From contig ADNK01003479.1 of NCBI GenBank assembly GCA_000320545.1, positions 1 to 64,000 on the forward strand: a stretch of 64,000 bases of DNA. Reading direction: 5' to 3'. The stretch comes from Bigelowiella natans CCMP2755. Lineage: Eukaryota; Protista; Cercozoa. Positions within the stretch are counted from its first letter, which is position 1, and every line of letters starts with the position of its first letter. Both the position numbers and the translations under genes were made by a program. This document shows, piece after piece, positions 55,850 through 64,000 of this stretch. The notes under the pieces are model-generated. The model searched no databases and was not told the origin of the DNA. It saw only the letters and a program-made list of their open reading frames with translations.

Positions 55850-56970
55850 TTGAAAGCATCTGCATCCTGCTGTCGTCGATGTCGTCGTGGAGTACGCGCA
55901 GCGGTCCGTGCTTCTCGTTCAGCTTCCGTCAGGCGAAGTTTCGATTCGTCTCATCGTTTCGATTCATGATGTATAACATGATGGCATTCAGTTGGTTTCG
56001 CAATCCACTGCACGCGTGCGACATCCACGCGACGCACACGTGTGTGTGCAAGCGTAGCTATCTGTGGCATTGCACGGCGACGTGCAGGATCTGTATAGGC
56101 AGCAGCCGCGCGTGGCTGTCGCTGCTGTGTCAGGGGCCCACCCCATGGAAAAATTCCCCACTGCTCTTGCTAGCTTGGAAGGAACCAAAGTGCCAAATCA
56201 GTGTGACTCGCAATTTGACCGCCACCCAGCACTGCGGACCCACTGCTGAACTGAATTGCCAGAATGACATGGCAACTGCCATGTCCCCAGCTAGCCAGCA
56301 CGTGTTTTTGGTCAAAATGACATGGCAAAAAAATCGTCGCCAGAGCAGAGAGCAGCGCGCCATTGCCTGCATCGCACAATTCTTTGGCCAGAGCATCTTT
56401 GAAACAGTGCAAAATTGTTCTCATCTAGAATGAGCAATGAGAACAAATCGCTGGGCTGTCATTTGAGCGCAACGGGCAATCAAATCAAAAACAGGAAAAC
56501 CATTGGACAAAATACTCACAGAAGAGCCATTTGGATCGAGCAGCAGGGAAATTTTTCATGGGGTGTGCCTCCAGTAAACCTACACACAGCAGCAAGCGCG
56601 ACATCTTTACATGTAGACCGCTTGCAAGTTGTGCGCAGCATGCCTACACTGCTTCTTGGCTGATGCTGCCTCCGAGCTCTGTACACACACACACACACAT
56701 TGCACAGCAGTGTAGCCATGGCATCAATGGGCAATGAAGGCATGCAAGCTTGCTTAGATGTATTGTTTATTGCCGGACGTGGTGCGATGCTGTGACATGA
56801 ACTGGATCAAACACGTTGCTAGTATAACCCGACATTCGCTGCTGACACTCATTCGCAAAACAATGAATGGAGTTTGACGCTTCGAGGAACGAATTGTTTG
56901 AAATTAGCGCTCTTAGATTGTTGCATCACATCGCACAACGACGCGGCTCAGACGCCGCGCGCGCGCGCTT
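55850..56970. other. TpA-depleted island centred on the inverted-repeat element
   Basis: 4 TA in 56133-56571, 3 of them CTAG; TA increases gradually on both sides. Confidence 0.88.
56133..56571. mobile_element. MITE-like element with degenerate 34-bp inverted repeats
   Basis: GGGGCCCACCCCATGGAAAAATTCCCCACTGCTC (56133-56166) versus the reverse complement of 56538-56571, GAGGCACACCCCATGAAAAATTTCCCTGCTGCTC: 28/34 identical. No target-site duplication identified. Confidence 0.7.
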
Positions 56971-57351
56971 AGATGACGTACGTGATATAATGATACAAGC
57001 TACCAGAATATTAATGCCACGTTGTTACGACTGTGAGGACATCAGATAGATGGACTATACTACTACTGTGTGTATCGATGGGCCGACACAACAGAGCCTA
57101 CATACTACCTAAATAGCAACGGCTTTGTATAGGTATTGTGCAACGTACGCAACATAGCATGTACCAGCAGTAGTAGCGTAGAGTCACCAAAAATCAAAAT
57201 CTTGAGGATTGTATGGTTGATGCCACATAGTGAATAATTATCTGCATTCATCAGAGTGCTCATATGATATAATCTCTAGTGTAATGCACACACTATGGGT
57301 GATCGCAGAGCATACCTAAAATATGCATTATCTTCCTTGTCGTAGGCGTAT

Positions 57352-57801
57352 TCACAGCTTAGATCTTCTCATCTTCCTGATGGCACTATCTCCTTGTGTA
57401 TTATTATTCCCAATGTATTGCCGTCTTGAGTAGCGATGTTTGATTGAAGTAGCGTGTTTGCGGAGGACTATTGAGAGTTTTTCCAAGTTTTTGCAACCTT
57501 CGTGTTTTACCCACTCCTCAAGTGCCTGTAATGTATCATTTTCAGATGTTGATCATGACGAAGGAAGAACAGCGTTGTTGTCTCAAATCATCAGCATCAT
57601 CATCATCATCATCATCCTCATCGCCATTCAATATCTTCTTTTTTCTGATTAAAGCTAAAAGTTACTGTTGAAGTGACCATTGCTCCATTCTTTGCGTAAA
57701 CATCAATAGCTCCTTTCCTGAAACATGATGATGATATTGGAATATGTAAGCTGCTTTAGGGTTCTGGCACTCATTCGTTCGTTACTTTGTTTCGGGCAGC
57801 T

Positions 57802-57837
<36 letters not shown>

Positions 57838-58793
57838 AATGATGATGATAATGATGATAATGATGACGATAATGATGATGATAATGTGTGATCAGACGTC
57901 CGAATCAAGAACATAAAACGATGACATCTTTCCATAACAATTAGAGCATTAAACGACGACGACGACATCTTTCCATAACATACAGAACATAAAACGACCA
58001 CGACGTCTTTCAGAAAACCAAACGTCGCAACAAATTTTACAATTTCAATTTTGAACGTAAGTATACATGAAAAGCTTTTGTCCGGTTATGTTTATAAATG
58101 TGTATGTGTGTGTGTGTATGTGTGTGTGTGTGTGTGTGTGTATGTGAAATAAATATTCCGTATCTAAAGTAATCAAATGAACCATATGACACTGATACTA
58201 CTCGACACTTTGGAAAAGCTACTTTTACTCACACTCAAACGCACAAGAAGATCATCTCTACACATGATGAAGGGTACAAAACGCACTCACCATGTCGCTC
58301 TCCCGCACAAAACACCGCTGTACTCGCATCCTGCTTCGCCTATAACGAATGCGTTAATAAAGATAAGAAAACAATTAGTACTAGTATGATGATGTTGATG
58401 AATGACTACATCATCATACTATTTTAAGCACACAAAAAGCGTTAAAATCTCTTGTCGGTTTTAATAATATGGGAATAATCTGCTGTGATAAAGAATCCTC
58501 ATCGTATTATTTTTTTAACTTTATTATTCTCATAAATCCCTCATTGATTACCTGCAAGCTGGAGCATTTCCAGAAACACATCCATATCAACACCAGCGGA
58601 TAAGAAGATGAAAGGTGTTCCCTGTACCAAACATGCCATAACCACCACCACTATCATCATCATCATCATCATCATCATCAGTTACAACAGCTTTTCTTCA
58701 CCATTTAATTAATGAGCTACGCTAGCACAACTGTTACCAGTGGCAAACACTAATGACAAGGAATGATGGCTTGCCATTGACGACTATAATACG

Positions 58794-58829
<36 letters not shown>

Positions 58830-58896
58830 ATAAATACATACACCACCTTAGATGCGTCTGACATTGCTTTCATGTACCTGAAAATGAAAACCAAGG

Positions 58897-58943
<47 letters not shown>

Positions 58944-59494
58944 GCATATAAAGAGTAGTAGAGAACAACGAATCGTGGGGCGGAGGAGGTATTTGTAATA
59001 ATAACAAATAAATGATAATTTTATTGCATTAAAATTGCGTTTTCTCATCTCTGAAATTGGAATTTTCTAAAGAGAGATCTAGGTATTACTACTATTACAT
59101 CTCTGAAATTGGAATTTATTTTCTAAAGAGATCTAGGTATTATTATTATTACTACTACTACTACTACTACTACCCCTTTGCCTCATCGATATCATATGCA
59201 TGATTATTCTTATTGTTTCTATTCTCTGCTGCCTTGAGCCCCTTCACAAACGAAGCCACTACAGGGAATTCCATCTTTAGAACGTCCGCACTATATTTAT
59301 TAAGTAGTTATTATGATTAGCCTAAGAGAATACCATCGTATAGAAGAAAGACACACTATATTTATTAAGTAGTTATTATGATTAGCTCAAGAGAATACCA
59401 TCGTATAGAGGACACATTAAACAACTACCCTCAATATACAATCAGCTACTACTACTAAGACTGCTGCTACTCTTACTACTACTACTACTACTAT

Positions 59495-59526
<32 letters not shown>

Positions 59527-59569
59527 TTCCTACTACTACTGCTGCTGCTACTGCTTCTACGCTACTACA

Positions 59570-59606
<37 letters not shown>

Positions 59607-59729
59607 ACCAGTATTCTGGTTTGCTGAATTCCTTCATTGCTGCTAAGACCATCTTTTGGTAGTAGTAATAACAGTATCATCAACCAGAACACTATTGTAA
59701 TGAAGTAATCATCATATAATACAGTATTT

Positions 59730-59768
<39 letters not shown>

Positions 59769-60258
59769 AGAGCCTCAACTGGCACTCTCATATATATGAT
59801 AAAATGACGCAGCAGAAGAGATAAATCCTCTTTCTTGTCAATGCTTTTGTCTGCTCATGCTCCTCCTCCTTCTCCCTCTCCCCCCTTCCTTTTCCTTCTC
59901 CTACCTGTGGTTTCCTTGTAGCCAATCCAATACTGTTTTTGGATACTGATTCGTCTAACGTCAACACCTATAGATATCAGTAGTAGTATATGTATACATG
60001 CATATATACACACGTACATACAGCTGCTCTTTTAGAACTCAGATTGTCCCTTAAAAGAGAGATATATACTAAATGATACTAATACAGCGGAAATATGTAG
60101 AAATCATTCACCATACAGCTATCGTACTATGATCTGCATTTCACCAAGTTCAGTAGTAGCGCTAAGAATACTACTATCACCGCTACTACTACTACTACTA
60201 CTACTACTGCCACCTCAAGGAAAAATGGGACGCCCACTGACAAACATTCCGCTCCAAC

Positions 60259-60306
<48 letters not shown>

Positions 60307-61148
60307 CATTTACTCATATATAGTATATAAGTGATATATCGAGGGGTATGTTTGCCAAAAGGAAAGGACAATGACTAAGTACCGACATAATCAATAATTA
60401 AATTATTGAATTAGTATATAACTGGTATCTGTGGTAGTGATTAATATCATTGTAGCAAGACTAGGTTACTATACTTCATTTGATAAGAAGAACACAAATG
60501 CTGTCATTCATGTCTCCCCCCCCCCCTTGCTACTGTACTGGGAATTAATTTGTTTTGCTACTGTGACTAGTTGGGGTACTATTTTCAGTACTACTACTAT
60601 TACTTCTACTAATACTATCACGTGAAGACAACTCTACTACTACAACTACTACTACTGCTGCTGCTACTACTACTACTACAATGAAAAGCACCTTCCTCAC
60701 AAAAGACTTAATACTGTCTTGTTTGGATTGTGGCCATCGATAGTTAAAGTAAACAAGAAGCTTAACACCAGTACCCTACGACCGATTACTTACTCAGAAG
60801 AGAGCTGCATATGCAATGTCATATTTAAAATACAAATATACTACTACTACTACCACTACTACCACTACTACTACTACAAAGCAGTAGTAAAGGTAGTAGT
60901 AGTAGCACTACTAAAAAGCATGCAAAATGAGGTTTATAATTATGATGATGATGATGATGATATACCCCTTCTCTCTCAATTCGAGCTACATCCCAGCCTT
61001 ATAAGGATGATAATGGCGATTGTGGCCAAAGAAAATGGTTAAATAAGAATGTTTGTTAGTACGTGTGTGTATGTGTGTGTGTGTGTGTGTGTGTGTTTTG
61101 TGACACGTAGTACTCCTTTATATACAATGTATATAATATACATATAAC

Positions 61149-61180
<32 letters not shown>

Positions 61181-62113
61181 CAATTTATAAAAAAATGATA
61201 ATACGGGTATTTTTATTGAGTAGACAGAAGGATGGGAAGGTGGTACATAGTAGTAGTACAACTACGATATATTGCCTTCGTGTAATATACGAAAAAAATA
61301 GGGTTCAATTTAATTCGATTAACATCAATCATAGAACATAACTCCTCAATACTAATACAACTACTACTGCTGCTGCTACTACTATAGCTACTTTGCTACA
61401 CCAGGTGTGAGGGGAGGAGGTCCATCCTTTTTGCTTCCATTTTCATATGCAAGAAGCAAACCACATTTCTTGCCCGACGATATAAATTTCCTTCGATCAG
61501 TGTTAACATACAAAAAGTGAGAGTGCTTCTAGGAACAAAGGAGATGGAATAATATAGGAAGGATGGCTGCTGATAAAAAGGTAGAAATGATGTGCTTCTC
61601 ATTCTTTGGTAATTATTTCAGTGGCAATTACATGATACTGAAACGATTGCAATGATGCATAACGATCATTAAAATGACGAAAACGATGAGCAAAACGGTA
61701 ATGGTGGAAAATAATGATGATGATGATGATGAAAGTATTTATTGTTGGTGCTGATGGGCTGCTGTGACGAAGAACTTTTGTCAGAGAAAAGAGTAGAAAT
61801 AGGAAGAAATATTCTTTCTCGGTATATGAATGGTTACCATTCATTATTGTTGTGTCATTCTTTACATGTAAGAAATCTCACTCACCGTGCTTTCGTAGCA
61901 TACTTCAAATCCAGTAGAAAGGCGGAAGATGGAATCGACAAATACCTGTTTCCACATAATTAAGGATCGCTTTGTAAATACCATGATGAGATGATAGAGG
62001 TAGTGAAAGGAAGATATTCGGAGAGCAGCTTCAATATTTTGTAATGAAAATATAGTTTCTACTCAAAATGGTTGTTGCCGTTTTGTTTCAAAACCATTAA
62101 TAATTTAAAATAT

Positions 62114-62148
<35 letters not shown>

Positions 62149-62160
62149 CAATACATGTAA

Positions 62161-62200
<40 letters not shown>

Positions 62201-62910
62201 AATATATATATTTACACGTGTATTGATGTGTATGTGTATGTGTGTGTGTGTATGTGTGTGTGTGTGTGTGTGTGCGTGTATTATAAAATGTATTTTTTAG
62301 AGAGAACTTGGTTATAATCAATTTAAAGGTTTCAACGTCTTGATCGCTAAATTTGCGTCCACCTGCTGCCTGCTTGTTCCAAATATGATGATTTTAGGGT
62401 TAAAATTTATGAGGGGGCTATGGTGCAAACTCAGGGAATCATTGTCATGTTTTAGTTGAAGTATATGGAAAGGAGGAGGATGGGAAGAAGAAGGAGAGGA
62501 AGAGAAAGAGACAATAGTAGCACTGATTGGTCCCCCACATTCTGATAAATCAACACCTGAAGCTTTTTTGTTAGACTACTACGAGCGTCCAGTGCTGTGG
62601 CAACAATAATATCGTACATAGGCTACATAATAACAAACAAGTATCATCGATCATCATCCTAAGTGCACGATCGCATCCGTCTCATCATCCTAAATGCACG
62701 AGCCCATCCTCACCAGCAGGCAGCTAGAGAGATACTTCGCCTTCTTTTCTTTTATCTTCATATCTACAAGGTTTGCATTAAAGTCAATACAATTAAGGAA
62801 GCAAATCTAGTAATTTTGCTATATTTCGATTGAAGGTTGAAAGCAGCAGCAGCAGCAGCAGCAATTGGAGCGGCAGCAGGAGGACCTTCTGCAGATTGAT
62901 AGGACTCCAT
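57352..62910 (-). CDS. LacD-family class I aldolase (tagatose-1,6-bisphosphate / sulfofructose-phosphate aldolase-like) ending in PTS1 -SKL
   Basis: Not visible in the ORF track. About 14 small exons join to IVATALDARSSL, SAFLLDLKYA, CGLLLAYE, VKLLVYFN, VGAECLSVGVPFFLE, ADVLKMEFP, PFIFLSAGVD, YSGVLCGRATWKG and ALEEWVKHEG...RKMRRSKL*; these motifs are collinear with bacterial LacD. Confidence 0.9.
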
Positions 62911-63579
62911 CGTCGACGTGGTTATTGTGGCTGAGTGACGTTCCTTCCTGATGCAGTCAAATTCATGCAAATTATCATGTCGCAATATATAATCTTCCTG
63001 TGTTCACCAATAAATCTTGCTAAAAGATTGCGGTAAACCGCATTGTTGTAGGACGGAATACTCGCATAAAATGTTTGTCGTACATACATGTTCCCCTATA
63101 ATAATAATCGATAATAAACAAAATACCGGTAATAGAGTCCACAATATCCATCTGGTTTCATAGGTAATTTTCCCAATACGACATGGATTCGATCACTTAC
63201 CGAGCGTAACGACAGTGCTGGCGTAAATAAAACAAGAAAAGAATTGTAATCATTGTTTACGACATCAATTTTGGAAACATTTACTGCATGAAACGGTAAC
63301 TGATTGCAACGCTATTTTTTCCAGCTCCATGCCCTATCCTTGTCCACTCTGAAGGTACAATAATCATTCAACGGCAATCTTTTAGAGGGAGCATGATGTT
63401 GCCACATTCGCATATTAAAGGGGAAAACAACGTACGACTGAAACTTTTGAATGAATAGAGATTTTTTTGTAGTGGTACGCAAAGAAATAAGTCTCATCGT
63501 TCTACTCTTTCCATACTCTTTGTGCGTTACATACATAGGGCTATTATTCGACTACTTGACTACTGAGCAGCCGGCCCTA

Positions 63580-63971
63580 ATGAGCGTCTCTTTTGCGGAC
63601 CAGAGACGTTTTAACGTAAGGTTGGATGGAGAACGTTGGGCGGATCGTTCTGAAAATTTTGATACCAAAATAAACGGTGCCAACACTGAGCAGCCTGAAA
63701 CAGGGGGGAGTGTTACACAGCAGCGGAAAGCAACTGCAGGATCATCCTCTGAAGATCAGAGCACTTCCTCATCTTCATCTCAAAACAATATTTCACTAAA
63801 GGCTGCAACTACAGCAGCAGCCCAGCATGGAATCCGAGAAGTAATCGAACGTGACCGCCATGAAAGGAATGGCGGTGTAAATGTTAAATTTGAGACGGTA
63901 TGGCATGTACCCAACTGTCTATCAGAGAAGCTCAAAGCAATCCAAAACCTCTCTCTTGGAGATCATGGCGA
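63580..63971 (+). CDS. First exon of a hypothetical protein (continues beyond the window)
   Basis: MSVSFADQRRFNVRLDGERW..., ending at a GTAAGT donor at 63972. Confidence 0.55.
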
Positions 63972-64000
63972 GTAAGTCAGTAGTGTGAATAATTATCGTA

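Larger units (their letters stand above)
1..64000. repeat. Pervasive microsatellites: (CT)n, (CA)n, (TA)n, (TAG)n, (GAT)n, (GAA)n, (CAG)n in introns and exons
   Basis: Directly visible in most introns. Exonic trinucleotide runs encode poly-S/T/D/N/Q/A tracts. Confidence 0.98.

Noticed and set aside
55585-56433. 282-aa ORF after the LRR gene
   Set aside because: Runs through the TA-depleted island and across the inverted repeat; stop-codon loss explains its length.

Overview
Gene-dense, intron-rich eukaryotic nuclear DNA with GT-AG introns full of microsatellites. Two genes (ABA4-like, IDI) carry signal-peptide plus transit-peptide leaders, which suggests an alga with a secondary plastid; a chlorarachniophyte-like organism is my inference, not something the sequence proves. 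Splicing by eye recovers about 13 genes: ABCG transporter, ABA4/DUF4281, a 2xFHA-PPR-COMT-like fusion, an atypical Rab, IDI, RFC1-like, a coiled-coil protein, LRRC34-like, a LacD-family aldolase ending in SKL, and several hypotheticals. The main signal is a set of 0.6-1.4 kb intergenic islands that have almost no TpA, are rich in TpG/CpA, and keep plenty of CpG. The few TpA that survive are mostly in CTAG/TAG. Two islands contain MITE-like inverted-repeat elements whose arms, and in one case the expected TA target-site duplication, read CA on one side and TG on the other. This fits a repeat-targeted TpA->TpG/CpA (A:T->G:C) hypermutation or base-modification system, the mirror image of fungal RIP. 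All counts and exon joins were made by eye and need computational confirmation.
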